64,000 nucleotides of DNA from Escherichia coli (GCF_003334405.1 NZ_QOWM01000005.1), one strand, 5' to 3'; counted from the first letter of the stretch, positions 49,631 through 62,903 are shown. Notes: generated from the sequence alone by a model not told the origin. Program-made: numbers and translations.

Positions 49631-52453
49631 ATGGATAAGATCGAAGTTCGGGGCGCCCGCACCCATAATCTCAAAAACATCAACCTCGTTATCCCCCGCG
49701 ACAAGCTCATTGTCGTGACCGGGCTTTCGGGTTCTGGCAAATCCTCGCTCGCTTTCGACACCTTATATGCCGAAGGGCAGCGCCGTTACGTTGAATCCCT
49801 TTCCGCCTACGCGCGGCAGTTTCTGTCACTGATGGAAAAGCCGGACGTCGATCATATTGAGGGGCTTTCTCCTGCCATCTCAATTGAGCAGAAATCGACG
49901 TCTCATAACCCGCGTTCTACGGTGGGGACAATCACCGAAATCCACGACTATTTGCGTTTGTTATTCGCCCGCGTTGGCGAGCCGCGCTGTCCGGACCACG
50001 ACGTCCCGCTGGCGGCGCAAACCGTCAGCCAGATGGTGGATAACGTGCTGTCGCAGCCGGAAGGCAAGCGTCTGATGCTACTCGCGCCAATCATTAAAGA
50101 GCGCAAAGGCGAACACACCAAAACGCTGGAGAACCTGGCAAGCCAGGGCTACATCCGTGCTCGTATTGATGGCGAAGTCTGCGATCTTTCCGATCCGCCA
50201 AAACTGGAACTGCAAAAGAAACATACCATTGAAGTGGTGGTTGATCGCTTCAAGGTGCGTGACGATCTTACCCAACGTCTTGCCGAGTCATTTGAAACCG
50301 CGCTGGAGCTTTCCGGTGGTACCGCGGTAGTGGCGGATATGGACGACCCGAAAGCGGAAGAGCTGCTGTTCTCCGCCAACTTCGCCTGCCCAATTTGCGG
50401 CTACAGTATGCGTGAACTGGAGCCGCGACTGTTTTCGTTTAACAACCCGGCGGGGGCCTGCCCGACCTGCGACGGCCTTGGCGTACAGCAATATTTCGAT
50501 CCTGATCGAGTGATCCAGAATCCGGAACTGTCGCTGGCTGGTGGTGCGATCCGTGGCTGGGATCGCCGCAACTTCTATTATTTCCAGATGCTGAAATCGC
50601 TGGCAGATCACTATAAGTTCGACGTCGAAGCGCCGTGGGGCAGCCTGAGCGCGAACGTGCATAAAGTGGTGTTGTACGGTTCTGGCAAAGAAAACATTGA
50701 ATTCAAATACATGAACGATCGTGGCGATACCTCCATTCGTCGTCATCCGTTCGAAGGCGTGCTGCATAATATGGAGCGCCGCTATAAAGAGACGGAATCC
50801 AGCGCGGTACGCGAAGAATTAGCCAAGTTTATCAGTAATCGTCCGTGCGCCAGCTGCGAAGGGACGCGTCTGCGTCGGGAAGCGCGCCACGTGTATGTCG
50901 AGAATACGCCGCTGCCTGCTATCTCCGACATGAGCATTGGTCATGCGATGGAATTCTTCAACAATCTCAAACTCGCAGGTCAGCGGGCGAAGATTGCAGA
51001 AAAAATCCTTAAAGAGATCGGCGATCGTCTGAAATTCCTCGTTAACGTCGGCCTGAATTACCTGACGCTTTCCCGCTCGGCAGAAACGCTTTCTGGCGGT
51101 GAAGCACAGCGTATCCGTCTGGCGAGCCAGATTGGTGCGGGCCTGGTTGGCGTTATGTACGTGCTGGACGAGCCGTCTATCGGCCTGCACCAGCGTGATA
51201 ACGAGCGCCTGTTGGGTACGCTTATCCATCTGCGCGATCTCGGTAATACCGTGATTGTGGTGGAGCACGACGAAGACGCAATTCGCGCCGCTGACCATGT
51301 GATCGACATTGGCCCGGGCGCAGGTGTTCACGGCGGTGAAGTGGTCGCAGAAGGTCCGCTGGAAGCGATTATGGCGGTGCCGGAGTCGTTGACCGGGCAG
51401 TACATGAGCGGCAAACGCAAGATTGAAGTGCCGAAGAAACGCGTTCCGGCGAATCCGGAAAAAGTGCTGAAGCTGACAGGCGCACGCGGCAACAACCTGA
51501 AGGACGTGACGCTGACGCTGCCGGTGGGTCTGTTTACCTGCATCACCGGGGTTTCAGGTTCCGGTAAATCGACGCTGATTAACGACACACTGTTCCCGAT
51601 TGCCCAACGCCAGTTGAATGGGGCGACCATCGCCGAACCAGCACCGTATCGCGATATTCAGGGGCTGGAGCATTTCGATAAAGTGATCGATATCGACCAA
51701 AGCCCAATTGGTCGTACTCCACGTTCTAACCCGGCGACCTATACCGGCGTGTTTACGCCTGTGCGCGAACTGTTTGCGGGCGTACCGGAATCCCGTGCGC
51801 GCGGCTATACGCCGGGACGTTTCAGCTTTAACGTTCGTGGCGGACGCTGCGAGGCCTGTCAGGGCGATGGCGTGATCAAAGTGGAGATGCACTTCCTGCC
51901 GGATATCTACGTGCCGTGCGACCAGTGCAAAGGTAAACGCTATAACCGTGAAACGCTGGAGATTAAGTACAAAGGCAAAACCATCCACGAAGTGCTGGAT
52001 ATGACCATCGAAGAGGCGCGTGAGTTCTTTGATGCCGTACCTGCACTGGCGCGTAAGCTGCAAACGTTGATGGACGTTGGCCTGACGTACATTCGACTGG
52101 GGCAGTCCGCAACCACCCTTTCAGGCGGTGAAGCCCAGCGCGTGAAGCTGGCGCGTGAACTGTCAAAACGCGGCACCGGGCAGACGCTGTATATTCTCGA
52201 CGAGCCGACCACCGGTCTGCACTTCGCCGATATTCAGCAACTGCTCGACGTACTGCATAAACTGCGCGATCAGGGCAACACCATTGTGGTGATTGAGCAC
52301 AATCTCGACGTGATCAAAACCGCTGACTGGATTGTCGACCTGGGACCAGAAGGCGGCAGTGGTGGCGGCGAGATCCTCGTCTCCGGTACGCCAGAAACCG
52401 TCGCGGAGTGCGAAGCATCACACACGGCACGCTTCCTTAAGCCGATGCTGTAA
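49631..52453 (+). CDS. uvrA: Excinuclease ABC subunit A
   Basis: 940-aa [22 protein letters not shown]...; two ABC ATPase modules and zinc-finger cysteine pairs. Confidence 0.96.
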   Translation: MDKIEVRGARTHNLKNINLVIPRDKLIVVTGLSGSGKSSLAFDTLYAEGQRRYVESLSAYARQFLSLMEKPDVDHIEGLSPAISIEQKSTSHNPRSTVGTITEIHDYLRLLFARVGEPRCPDHDVPLAAQTVSQMVDNVLSQPEGKRLMLLAPIIKERKGEHTKTLENLASQGYIRARIDGEVCDLSDPPKLELQKKHTIEVVVDRFKVRDDLTQRLAESFETALELSGGTAVVADMDDPKAEELLFSANFACPICGYSMRELEPRLFSFNNPAGACPTCDGLGVQQYFDPDRVIQNPELSLAGGAIRGWDRRNFYYFQMLKSLADHYKFDVEAPWGSLSANVHKVVLYGSGKENIEFKYMNDRGDTSIRRHPFEGVLHNMERRYKETESSAVREELAKFISNRPCASCEGTRLRREARHVYVENTPLPAISDMSIGHAMEFFNNLKLAGQRAKIAEKILKEIGDRLKFLVNVGLNYLTLSRSAETLSGGEAQRIRLASQIGAGLVGVMYVLDEPSIGLHQRDNERLLGTLIHLRDLGNTVIVVEHDEDAIRAADHVIDIGPGAGVHGGEVVAEGPLEAIMAVPESLTGQYMSGKRKIEVPKKRVPANPEKVLKLTGARGNNLKDVTLTLPVGLFTCITGVSGSGKSTLINDTLFPIAQRQLNGATIAEPAPYRDIQGLEHFDKVIDIDQSPIGRTPRSNPATYTGVFTPVRELFAGVPESRARGYTPGRFSFNVRGGRCEACQGDGVIKVEMHFLPDIYVPCDQCKGKRYNRETLEIKYKGKTIHEVLDMTIEEAREFFDAVPALARKLQTLMDVGLTYIRLGQSATTLSGGEAQRVKLARELSKRGTGQTLYILDEPTTGLHFADIQQLLDVLHKLRDQGNTIVVIEHNLDVIKTADWIVDLGPEGGSGGGEILVSGTPETVAECEASHTARFLKPML

Positions 52454-52458
52454 TCGTT

Positions 52459-52489
52459 AAGGCCGCTTTCTGAGCGGCCTTTTCCTTTC
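52459..52489. terminator. Intrinsic terminator after uvrA, overlapping the convergent yjbR stop
   Basis: aggccgct-ttctg-agcggcct followed by tttcctttc. Confidence 0.8.
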
Positions 52490-52844
52490 AGAGTTGCACC
52501 AGCAATTTACGTTTTTCTTCCGGCAGTAAATTCACCGCCTGCTGATAAGACGCATCCACCAGATAATAGATTTGCGAATCTGGCAGCGAACCGTCGAGAT
52601 ACACGGTGCTCCAGTGCGCTTTATTCAGATGGCGGCTTGGACGCACATCGCTGTGCTGCTGACGTAGCAGCTCCGCCAGCTCCGGGCTGGTTTTCAGCGA
52701 AACAGCTGGGCGATTTTCTACTTCTTTCACCATCGCAAACAGTACATCTTCCACTTTGATCTGCGTCGCTTTCCAGTCATTATGCACGCTCTGTTCTGCG
52801 CCTGGTTTTGCCATGCAATATTGTAGCAACTCCGAAATGGTCAT
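52488..52844 (-). CDS. yjbR: Uncharacterised protein YjbR (MmcQ/YjbR family)
   Basis: 118-aa ORF MTISELLQYCMAKPGAEQSVHNDWKATQ... Confidence 0.85.
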   Translation of the reverse strand: MTISELLQYCMAKPGAEQSVHNDWKATQIKVEDVLFAMVKEVENRPAVSLKTSPELAELLRQQHSDVRPSRHLNKAHWSTVYLDGSLPDSQIYYLVDASYQQAVNLLPEEKRKLLVQL

Positions 52845-52847
52845 TTT

Positions 52848-53264
52848 TTACTCCCCTTGTAGTGTCGCGATGATGCGACGCGATCCGCCGTGGATGCGAT
52901 GTTCCCCCAGCCAAATGCCTTGCCAGGTGCCGGTCTGAATACGCCCTTTATGCACCGGCAATACAAGCGATGTTCCCAGCATTGAGGATTTGATATGAGA
53001 AGGCATATCGTCTGCTCCCTCATAGTCATGCTCATAATTTCCGTTGTCGGGAACGGTGCGGAGGAAAAAACGCTCCATGTCGTGGCGTACGGTGGGATCG
53101 CAGTTCTCATTAAGTGTCAGAGAGGCGGAGGTATGTTGCAGCAACAGATGCAGTAAGCCGATGTTAACGCGCGGCATATCAGCCAGCTGATTCAGAATTT
53201 CATCCGTTACCAGATGAAACCCACGAGATTTGGCGCTAAGCGTGAGCGTCTTTTGATACCACAT
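52848..53264 (-). CDS. yjbQ: UPF0047-family protein YjbQ
   Basis: 138-aa [25 protein letters not shown]... Confidence 0.85.
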
Positions 53265-53374
53265 GTGCTGCTCCTTGATAAAACTCTCTTAATCAGTTTG
53301 CAGCAAGACAGCGAAAGGATAAAGGTGTGATTAAAAAAACAGCATTCGGGAGAGCATCACGCTCTCCCGCTCTG

Positions 53375-54367
<993 letters not shown>

Positions 54368-54489
54368 TTAATGAACTTAATGATACAGCATTACAAAAAC
54401 AATCGAAGTTTATAAAGATGATTTCTGATTGACCAGCCCCCTACCCTACAATGGTGATTAATTTTATTACTCGCGATGGAGATGATGAT

Positions 54490-54693
54490 ATGAATATATC
54501 ATATGTGAATAGCAACAAAACGACATCTTTACCTGTTGAGCTAGATGCACTAAATAATAAAGATATCTCTTATGCCAAAGATTTCTTTTTATACATAGAA
54601 ACACAGTTAAAAATTGCAAAAGATTTTTTAGACCTGGAGAAGAAGTATCAAGTTCTATTGCAAGTAAAGTTTTTCACGCATTTATTGATTTAG
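54490..54693 (+). CDS. yjbS: Small uncharacterised protein YjbS
   Basis: ORF 54451..54693 trimmed to ATG 54490 (MNISYVNSNKTTSLPVELD...), 67 aa; lies in a very AT-rich spacer. Confidence 0.55.
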   Translation: MNISYVNSNKTTSLPVELDALNNKDISYAKDFFLYIETQLKIAKDFLDLEKKYQVLLQVKFFTHLLI

Positions 54694-55194
54694 TTAACAA
54701 AATCAGGGGTAAGAAAGACTTTATGTATATTTGCACGCTTTGCTGTTTTGCCGAGGAGGTTAAAGGTGATTATTCTCATTACAGGACCTTTTTATTTGAT
54801 ATTGGTAATCAATATAAGGTTAAACTTACACAAAGCGGAAAAAAGAGTTCTCTTTAACATTAGAATTTAACGATACTATAATTGAATCTCAGAAAGTCAC
54901 AGGCAATAAGGCAAAGCATATTCTTGAGGATATAGAAATATTCTATCGTAACAAACCCGATACTTATTATTAAATTTAATAATGGTTAGATGTGCAGAAA
55001 TTATTACTCCACCCAAAAAAACAGGATAAGGAATTCCAGATAATTGGGATAAGCTTAACAATAAAAGAACTAACAACGTTTATTATCTCTCACGTAGAAC
55101 GATGGCATCAAAAAAATCATCTATAAAGAAAGAGTGAAAGCGACGACAGTTTAATTTCACTGCAGGCTGGGTAGCTCCAGCCTGCTTTCCTGCA

Positions 55195-56388
55195 TTACAT
55201 CACCGCAGCAAACGCCTTTGCCACACGTTGTACATTTGCCGTATTTAACCCGGCGACACACATGCGACCGCTGGCGATGAGATAGACACCAAATTCTTCA
55301 CGTAGTCGGTCAACCTGAGCGGCACTTAAACCGGTATAACTGAACATGCCGCGCTGATTAAGCAGATAATCGAAATTGCGTTCTGGCATCTCTGTGCTTA
55401 ATACCTTCACCAATTCCTGACGCATTGCCAGAATGCGAGTACGCATCTCTTCTACTTCCGCCAGCCAGCTGGCTTTCAATGCCTCGTCATTCAGCACTGC
55501 AGCCACCACCTGCGCACCAAAATTCGGCGGGCTGGAGTAGTTGCGGCGAACTGTTGCTTTCAATTGCCCCAGTACGCGGCCAGCGGCTTCGGCATCTTCA
55601 CACATAACAGAAAGTCCGCCGACGCGCTCGCCGTAAAGGGAGAAAATTTTCGAGAACGAATTGCTCACCAGAGCGGGTAATCCAGCGCTGGCAATGGCGC
55701 GAATAGCGTAGGCATCCTCTTCCATACCGGCACCAAATCCTTGATAGGCAATATCGAGGAATGGAATAAGCTCGCGGGCTTTGAGAATTTCAATCACCGC
55801 ATCCCACTGATCATTAGTGAGATCGGCACCCGTTGGGTTGTGGCAACATGGATGCAGCAACACAATACTGCGGGCAGGTAATGTTTTCAGCGTCGCCAAC
55901 AGGTCATTAAAGCGCACGCCGTTAGTCGCTTCGTCATACCAGGGGTAAGTACTCACTTCGAATCCAGCCCCGGCGAATATTGCTACGTGGTTTTCCCAGG
56001 TAGGATCGCTGACCCAGACGCCTGATTCCGGGAAGTAGCGTTTCAGGAAATCCGCGCCCACTTTCAATGCCCCGGAGCCGCCAAGGGTTTGAATGGTTGC
56101 TACGCGCTGTTGTTTCAGTACCGGATGGTCCGCACCAAACAGCAGCGGCGCAATGGCATGGCGATAGCAGTTAAGCCCTTCCATCGGTAAATAAAGCGAA
56201 GCGCCATGAGGCTGCGCATTCAGGCGCGCTTCCGCCTCCGCCACGGCTTGCAGTTGTGGAATAATTCCGTCTTCGTTGTAGTACAGACCGATACTTAAAT
56301 TCACTTTGTCGCTGCGAGGGTCTTCTTTAAAACGCTCCATAAGCGTAAGAATCGGGTCGCCAGCGTAGGCGTCAACTTTTTGAAACAC
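55195..56388 (-). CDS. tyrB: Aromatic amino acid aminotransferase
   Basis: ORF 55195..56430 trimmed to GTG 56388 ([20 protein letters not shown]...), 397 aa; PLP-lysine motif [16 protein letters not shown]. Confidence 0.93.
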   Translation of the reverse strand: MFQKVDAYAGDPILTLMERFKEDPRSDKVNLSIGLYYNEDGIIPQLQAVAEAEARLNAQPHGASLYLPMEGLNCYRHAIAPLLFGADHPVLKQQRVATIQTLGGSGALKVGADFLKRYFPESGVWVSDPTWENHVAIFAGAGFEVSTYPWYDEATNGVRFNDLLATLKTLPARSIVLLHPCCHNPTGADLTNDQWDAVIEILKARELIPFLDIAYQGFGAGMEEDAYAIRAIASAGLPALVSNSFSKIFSLYGERVGGLSVMCEDAEAAGRVLGQLKATVRRNYSSPPNFGAQVVAAVLNDEALKASWLAEVEEMRTRILAMRQELVKVLSTEMPERNFDYLLNQRGMFSYTGLSAAQVDRLREEFGVYLIASGRMCVAGLNTANVQRVAKAFAAVM

Positions 56389-56584
56389 GCGATGGTTCTC
56401 CAGGTTTACGGGCAGGTGGTTAAAACACAATAAACCGGAAGAAGGCGAAGATCGAGTGGATGTTCAGGAGCGAACGGCAATTAGCAACAGAGTGAGACTC
56501 ATGACAAACGTACATCCGCCAGAGGCACGACCTTTATAAGAGCATGAAAGAACATCAACTTATTGAATTTTTAGGATTTTATTG

Positions 56585-56614
56585 GCCGGATAAGGCATTC
56601 ACGCCGCATCCGGC
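56585..56614. repeat. REP element
   Basis: gccggataaggcattcacgccgcatccggc between alr stop and tyrB start. Confidence 0.8.
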
Positions 56615-56640
56615 ACAGACAATCAAATATTACAGAACGA

Positions 56641-57720
56641 TTAATCCACGTATTTCATCGCGACCCTTGAAGTCAGGCGCGTAATAAGTTCGTAAGCGCT
56701 TACTTTCGTCATTTCAGCGATACGTTCTACGGGCAAACCTTCGCCCCATAAAATGACCGGATCCCCGGCTTTGTCCTGCGCCTGTGGACCTAAGTCTACG
56801 CAGATCATATCCATCGCCACGCGCCCGACAATCGGTACTTCGCGACCGTTCACCAGCACTGGCGTACCGGACGGCGCGGCGCGCGGATAACCATCGCCAT
56901 AGCCCATCGCGACTACGCCAAGACGGGTATCACGTTCGCTTACCCAGGTTCCACCATAACCAACAGGCTCTCCGGCTTTATGCTCACGCACGGCAATCAG
57001 GCTGGAGGTTAGTGACATCACTGGCTGACAGCCAAAATCGGCACCGGTGGAGCGATCTTCCAGCGGCGAGACGCCATAAAGAATGATGCCCGGGCGCACC
57101 CAGTCAAAATGCGACTGTGGCCACAGCAGAATGCCACCCGACGCGGCAATGGAACGTTGACCAGGTTTGCCTTCGCAAAAGGTATTAAAGATAGCGAGTT
57201 GTTTCTCGGTTGCGCCACATTTTGGTTCATCCGCGCGCGCAAAATGGCTGACGATATTCACCGGCTGACGAACGTTTTTGCACTGGGTCAGGCGATGATA
57301 AAACGCCTCAGCCTGTTCCGGCCTTACGCCCAGACGGTGCATACCGGTATCGAGTTTCATCCAGACGGTAACCGGCTCGTCCAGGCTAGCCTCTTCCAGC
57401 GCAGCCAGCTGTTCTTCGTTATGCACGGCGGTATGAAAATGTTGCGCAGAAATCGTCGGCAGATCTCTGGCATCAAAAAAGCCTTCGAGTAACAGTACAG
57501 GTTTGGTGATTCCCCCCGCACGCAGTCGCAGAGCTTCTTCGAGACGGGCTACGCCAAAGGCGTCAGCATCGGGGAGCGTTCGCGCGGTCTCAAGAAGACC
57601 GTGACCATAAGCGTTCGCTTTCACCACCGCAACCATTTTACTGGCAGGGGCCAGTTCACGAAGACGTTGCAGGTTGTGTCGCAGAGCGCGGCGGTTAATC
57701 ACAACAGTTGCCGCTTGCAT
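56641..57720 (-). CDS. alr: Alanine racemase (biosynthetic)
   Basis: 359-aa [23 protein letters not shown]...; PLP-lysine motif [10 protein letters not shown]. Confidence 0.94.
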
Positions 57721-57772
57721 TTGTGTTCCTTGATAAGTGTTTGCTTTAATTACCTAATTCATAAAATAATTA

Positions 57773-59188
57773 TTATTCGTCGTCGTACTGCGGCCCCGCA
57801 TAGTTGTCGAAGCGCGACCATTGACCGTTAAAGGTCAGGCGTACCGTCCCGATTGGGCCGTTACGTTGTTTACCGATAATAATTTCCGCGATGCCTTTTA
57901 AATCACTGTTTTCGTGATACACCTCATCACGATAGATAAACATGATCAAGTCCGCATCCTGCTCGATAGAGCCAGATTCACGCAGGTCGGAGTTGACCGG
58001 GCGTTTGTCGGCACGTTGTTCCAGAGAACGGTTCAACTGGGACAGCGCCACCACCGGCACGTTCAGTTCTTTCGCCAGTGCTTTCAGCGAGCGAGAGATT
58101 TCTGCAATTTCCAGCGTACGGTTATCGGAAAGCGCCGGTACGCGCATCAGTTGCAGGTAGTCGATCATGATAAGCCCGATGCCGCCGTGTTCACGGGCAA
58201 TACGGCGTGCGCGGGAACGCACTTCCGTTGGCGTCAGGCCGGAGGAGTCATCGATATAGATATTGCGTTTTTCGAGCAAAATACCCATGGTGCCGGAAAT
58301 GCGCGCCCAGTCTTCGTCATCGAGCTGCCCGGTACGGATTTTAGTCTGGTCAACGCGCGACAGCGACGCCAGAGAACGCATCATGATCTGTTCTGATGGC
58401 ATCTCCAGCGAGAAGATAAGTACCGGTTTATCCTGCAACATCGCCGCGTTTTCGACGAGGTTCATCGCAAATGTTGTTTTACCCATCGACGGACGCGCGG
58501 CGACGATGATCAAATCCGACGGCTGCAAGCCAGCGGTTTTTTTGTTGAGATCGTCATAACCGGTGTTTACCCCGGTAACGCCATCGTGTGGCTGCTGAAA
58601 CAACTGCTCAATACGCGCCACGGTTGCGTCGAGCACATCGGCGATGTTCTTCGGCCCTTCGTCTTTGTTCGCACGACTTTCGGCAATTTTAAAGACGCGG
58701 GATTCAGCCAGATCCAGCAGATCTTCGCTGGTACGCCCCTGCGGATCAAAACCAGCTTCGGCAATCTCATTCGCAACCGAGATCATCTCACGGACAACGG
58801 CACGTTCACGCACGATGTCCGCATAGGCACTGATGTTAGCCGCACTTGGCGTATTTTTTGACAGCTCTGCCAGATAAGCAAAACCACCGACGCTATCGAG
58901 TTGCCCCTGGCGTTCCAGCGATTCCGCAAGAGTAATCAGATCGATAGGGCTACCGCTTTCCTGCAAACGCGCCATTTCAGTAAAGATATGACGGTGTGGG
59001 CGGGTGTAAAAATCGTCTGCTACCACACGCTCGGCTACATCATCCCAGCGTTCGTTATCTAGCATTAAACCGCCCAACACCGACTGCTCCGCTTCGATCG
59101 AGTGCGGAGGCACTTTCAGCCCGGCAACTTGTGGATCGCGTTCGCGGGGTTCAGCCTGCTGTTTGTTGAAGGGTTTATTTCCTGCCAT
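57773..59188 (-). CDS. dnaB: Replicative DNA helicase
   Basis: 471-aa ORF; Walker A ARPSMGKTTFA. Confidence 0.96.
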   Translation of the reverse strand: MAGNKPFNKQQAEPRERDPQVAGLKVPPHSIEAEQSVLGGLMLDNERWDDVAERVVADDFYTRPHRHIFTEMARLQESGSPIDLITLAESLERQGQLDSVGGFAYLAELSKNTPSAANISAYADIVRERAVVREMISVANEIAEAGFDPQGRTSEDLLDLAESRVFKIAESRANKDEGPKNIADVLDATVARIEQLFQQPHDGVTGVNTGYDDLNKKTAGLQPSDLIIVAARPSMGKTTFAMNLVENAAMLQDKPVLIFSLEMPSEQIMMRSLASLSRVDQTKIRTGQLDDEDWARISGTMGILLEKRNIYIDDSSGLTPTEVRSRARRIAREHGGIGLIMIDYLQLMRVPALSDNRTLEIAEISRSLKALAKELNVPVVALSQLNRSLEQRADKRPVNSDLRESGSIEQDADLIMFIYRDEVYHENSDLKGIAEIIIGKQRNGPIGTVRLTFNGQWSRFDNYAGPQYDDE

Positions 59189-59270
59189 AGTGAATGGAGT
59201 TACCGAGATAAAGAATGGGTCGAAACTTTATCATATGAAGCAGACCCTGACGATACGTTCTGGAGGACAC

Positions 59271-60254
59271 ATGGCAACACGAATTGAATTTCACAAGCAC
59301 GGTGGCCCGGAAGTACTTCAAGCCGTAGAGTTCACTCCTGCCGATCCGGCGGAGAATGAAATCCAGGTCGAAAATAAAGCCATCGGCATCAATTTTATCG
59401 ACACATATATCCGCAGCGGCCTTTACCCGCCGCCATCGCTACCCAGCGGATTAGGCACCGAAGCAGCAGGCATCGTGAGTAAAGTCGGCAGTGGTGTAAA
59501 GCATATTAAGGCAGGCGATCGTGTAGTCTATGCGCAGTCGGCGTTAGGCGCTTACAGCTCTGTGCATAACATTATTGCGGATAAAGCGGCGATTCTGCCT
59601 GCGGCAATTTCTTTTGAGCAAGCTGCGGCATCCTTCCTGAAAGGCTTAACGGTTTATTATCTGCTGCGCAAAACCTATGAAATTAAACCCGATGAACAGT
59701 TCCTGTTCCACGCAGCGGCTGGCGGCGTTGGCTTAATTGCCTGCCAGTGGGCAAAAGCCCTGGGCGCGAAACTTATCGGCACCGTAGGAACCGCGCAAAA
59801 AGCGCAGAGCGCGCTAAAAGCGGGCGCGTGGCAGGTTATTAACTATCGTGAAGAGGATCTGGTCGAGCGGTTAAAAGAGATCACCGGCGGTAAGAAAGTG
59901 CGCGTGGTGTACGATTCCGTGGGCAGAGACACCTGGGAACGGTCGCTGGATTGCCTGCAACGCCGCGGCTTAATGGTCAGTTTTGGCAACTCATCAGGTG
60001 CGGTTACCGGTGTGAACTTAGGCATTCTCAATCAAAAAGGCTCGTTGTATGTGACACGCCCTTCCCTGCAAGGCTATATCACCACGCGGGAGGAATTAAC
60101 CGAGGCCAGTAATGAACTGTTCTCTTTGATTGCCAGCGGTGTGATTAAGGTCGATGTCGCCGAGCAGCAGAAATATCCGCTGAAGGATGCGCAGCGTGCG
60201 CATGAGATTCTGGAAAGCCGGGCGACGCAAGGTTCCAGCCTGCTGATTCCATAA
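59271..60254 (+). CDS. qor: NADPH:quinone oxidoreductase (zeta-crystallin-like)
   Basis: ORF 59163..60254 trimmed to ATG 59271 with ggagga RBS (MATRIEFHKHGGPEVLQ...), 327 aa. Confidence 0.92.
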   Translation: MATRIEFHKHGGPEVLQAVEFTPADPAENEIQVENKAIGINFIDTYIRSGLYPPPSLPSGLGTEAAGIVSKVGSGVKHIKAGDRVVYAQSALGAYSSVHNIIADKAAILPAAISFEQAAASFLKGLTVYYLLRKTYEIKPDEQFLFHAAAGGVGLIACQWAKALGAKLIGTVGTAQKAQSALKAGAWQVINYREEDLVERLKEITGGKKVRVVYDSVGRDTWERSLDCLQRRGLMVSFGNSSGAVTGVNLGILNQKGSLYVTRPSLQGYITTREELTEASNELFSLIASGVIKVDVAEQQKYPLKDAQRAHEILESRATQGSSLLIP

Positions 60255-60261
60255 AAGAAAT

Positions 60262-60293
60262 AGGGCTTCCACCTGGGAAGCCCTTTCTTTTTA
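60262..60293. terminator. Intrinsic terminator after qor (shared region with convergent pspG)
   Basis: agggcttcc-acct-gggaagccct followed by ttcttttta. Confidence 0.85.
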
Positions 60294-60419
60294 TAGTTCG
60301 GCTGTATGTAGGGTACAGCACGATGAATCTGTTAGAGGCGCAATAGTGACAGATTTGATTATCAATTCCTATTTTGTTCTAAGGATAAAACCTTAGGTTG
60401 TGATCATCCGCACAATCCC

Positions 60420-60662
60420 TTAGTAACGCCAGCGGTCATAACGCTGATATTTCGGCACTTTTGGTGCTTTAATCGCCTTAATAACCCACACCACCGCAAT
60501 CGCCAGTAGTAACCACGGCAGCAACTTAATCATCAATGCCAGCATACCGCCGAGGAACATAATGGCCGTCGCCACAACCAGCGCGGCGATAATGCCCAGC
60601 AACGAAACGCCGGTGACCATCAGCATGACAAAAAAGCCAATCACAAAAAGTAGTTCCAGCAT
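60420..60662 (-). CDS. pspG: Phage shock protein G (small membrane protein)
   Basis: ORF 60420..60872 trimmed to ATG 60662 (MLELLFVIGFFVMLMVTGVSL...), 80 aa, two TM helices. Confidence 0.88.
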   Translation of the reverse strand: MLELLFVIGFFVMLMVTGVSLLGIIAALVVATAIMFLGGMLALMIKLLPWLLLAIAVVWVIKAIKAPKVPKYQRYDRWRY

Positions 60663-60693
60663 GATGCTCTCCCAAATATGAAATCTCTTGCTG

Positions 60694-60716
60694 GCATTAC
60701 AAGAATCATGCCAAAA
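60694..60716 (-). promoter_or_regulatory. Candidate sigma-54 promoter of pspG (TGGCATGATTCTTGTA on minus strand) with IHF-like site just upstream (60721-60735)
   Basis: TGGCAT-N5-TTGT on minus strand about 32 bp upstream of pspG ATG; -12 element is TTGT not TTGC, so match is imperfect. Confidence 0.5.
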
Positions 60717-60795
60717 ATAATCTATTGATTTAACAGCAAAACGCCCCGCGACGGTGCGCAGGGCGTGGTGAATTTGACTACTTTTTGGTGAAAAG

Positions 60796-61833
60796 TTAAC
60801 GCTTATCCGCCACCAGTTTGAGCGCGTGTTCCAGCACATTAATGTCTGCACCCGCTTTATGGGCATTTTCACTTAAATAACGCCGCCACTGCCGCGCGCC
60901 AGGAATACCCTGGAACAAGCCCAACATATGCCGGGTAATATGGCCGAGATACGTCCCCTGGCTGAGTTCACGCTCAATGTACGGATACATGGCGCGCACT
61001 ACCGCCACCGGATCGGCATCGGTATCCGAGGAACCAAAGATCTCCCGGTCTACCGCCGCCAGAATACCCGGATTCTGATACGCCTCGCGCCCGACCATCA
61101 CGCCATCCATATGTTGCAGGTGTGCTTTGGCCTCTTCCAGCGACTTGATACCACCGTTAATCGACATTGTCAGATGCGGAAAGTCACGCTTCAGTTGATA
61201 CACACGCGGATAATCGAGCGGCGGGATTTCACGGTTTTCTTTCGGGCTTAACCCCGAAAGCCAGGCTTTACGTGCGTGGATGATGAACATCTCACACTCG
61301 CCTTTGCCGGAAACGGTATTGATGAAATCGCAGAGAAATTCATAGCTGTCCTGGTCGTCGATGCCAATACGCGTTTTCACCGTCACCGGAATCGACACCA
61401 CATCGCGCATCGCTTTCACGCAGTCGGCAACCAGCTGCGCATTACCCATCAGACACGCACCAAACATGCCGTTCTGCACCCGGTCAGACGGGCAGCCGAC
61501 ATTCAGGTTGATCTCATCATATCCGCGCGCTTCTGCCAGCTTTGCACACTGCGCCAGCGCCGCCGGATCGCTACCGCCCAGTTGCAACGCTACCGGATGT
61601 TCTTCTTCACTGTACGCCAGATAATCACCTTTACCGTGAATAATCGCCCCTGTGGTCACCATTTCGGTATACAGCAACGTATTGCGGGAAAGCAGACGCA
61701 AGAAATAGCGGCAATGTCTGTCCGTCCAGTCGAGCATTGGTGCAACGCTAAACCGACCACTCCAGTGAACGTCAGTTTTTTCAGGCATTGCGCTGGTTTG
61801 GTTGATTTTTTGCATTTCAGAATTACCGTGCAT
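60796..61833 (-). CDS. dusA: tRNA-dihydrouridine(20/20a) synthase
   Basis: ORF 60796..61839 (TTG) trimmed to first ATG 61833 ([13 protein letters not shown]...), 345 aa; TIM-barrel Dus family. Confidence 0.9.
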   Translation of the reverse strand: MHGNSEMQKINQTSAMPEKTDVHWSGRFSVAPMLDWTDRHCRYFLRLLSRNTLLYTEMVTTGAIIHGKGDYLAYSEEEHPVALQLGGSDPAALAQCAKLAEARGYDEINLNVGCPSDRVQNGMFGACLMGNAQLVADCVKAMRDVVSIPVTVKTRIGIDDQDSYEFLCDFINTVSGKGECEMFIIHARKAWLSGLSPKENREIPPLDYPRVYQLKRDFPHLTMSINGGIKSLEEAKAHLQHMDGVMVGREAYQNPGILAAVDREIFGSSDTDADPVAVVRAMYPYIERELSQGTYLGHITRHMLGLFQGIPGARQWRRYLSENAHKAGADINVLEHALKLVADKR

Positions 61834-62127
61834 TTTCAAATGTAGAGATTATTTTATCGATATATCATGGGGTTATGTTATTCAGCATCACTATTCAGGA
61901 GGCTCAATAGCGGGGTACTATACCATAACAACAGGAAGCGCCTGTCTCATTGCAAAAGAAAATTGAGATCCTCTCAAGGCATGAAGCTCTCACGAAGTGA
62001 TGGAAATAATCTTATTAGCCGTTAACTTTGTTAAGGCCAATGATAAACAATCCAGGTTCGACGATAAATAAAAAATCACACATTAAACTCTGGTGATATA
62101 TCTCCCTGCTAATAGCATTGATAGAGA

Positions 62128-62160
62128 AAAAAGAACCCAATAAATATTGGGTCCTTTTAT
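62128..62160. terminator. Hairpin with flanking A/T runs downstream of yjbM (bidirectional terminator-like)
   Basis: aaaaaagaacccaataaatattgggtccttttat read directly; 7-bp stem acccaat/attgggt. Confidence 0.55.
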
Positions 62161-62195
62161 ATAATGCCTTCCATACTATCGAAGAACTTCACATA

Positions 62196-62903
62196 TTATT
62201 TCTCCGATTTAACCCCGAACAAATCATAAATTAATTTAGAAGTGTCTGTAAGTATTTTAATCTCTTCCTTTGAGGTTGGGTCAAACGACTTCGCGAAGCT
62301 AATTAATTGTGGTGCAGCATCTCGCATTTTGCTTAAAATATCAGGATCGAGCGTTCCTTCATTCACCAGATGTGACATCTTATCCAGATAGCCATCAAAA
62401 TTCATTTCTCCCCCATCAGCCAGACGCTTCATCTCTCCCAGGTACTTCTTCATATCACGTTGAGATAATTTTTCAAACTGAGCTTTCAGGTAGCTCTCAT
62501 TATTTTCATTAATATACACTGTTTCTGATAAATCTGCGTAGGCACTAGAATATGAAAGTGAAATTAACAGCGAAGCAAATAATTTTAAGCTGTTGTCATC
62601 ATGTTCCTGGCAGGCATTAACAAACGTTAAAAAACCAGAACCTATTGCTTGAAAATGTATATTCGCTAAAGGTTCATTATCCTTAGATTCCTCATAAAAT
62701 AGCTGAACCGTGGAGGGAAGGTCATTCTTAGTTTCTACATCAAAAGTACATTGTTCAATGGGCATTGCATCTTTATTATCCCCAGGATTACATATACTAT
62801 TAATCGCGAAATGAAAAATAGCCCGGTCAACAACTGATGCAATAAAGTCACGATCGTTTAAATCCTCATCAGTGCAATCGTCAATATACTTATTGACCCA
62901 CAT
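62196..62903 (-). CDS. yjbM: Uncharacterised protein YjbM
   Basis: ORF 62196..62936 trimmed to ATG 62903 (MWVNKYIDDCTDEDLNDRDF...), 235 aa; AT-rich codon usage; no recognisable domain by eye. Confidence 0.8.
   Translation of the reverse strand: MWVNKYIDDCTDEDLNDRDFIASVVDRAIFHFAINSICNPGDNKDAMPIEQCTFDVETKNDLPSTVQLFYEESKDNEPLANIHFQAIGSGFLTFVNACQEHDDNSLKLFASLLISLSYSSAYADLSETVYINENNESYLKAQFEKLSQRDMKKYLGEMKRLADGGEMNFDGYLDKMSHLVNEGTLDPDILSKMRDAAPQLISFAKSFDPTSKEEIKILTDTSKLIYDLFGVKSEK

Noticed and set aside
56389-56520. TyrR boxes upstream of tyrB
   Set aside because: Expected from tyrB biology, but I could not find a convincing TGTAAA-N6-TTTACA match by eye, so none is reported.
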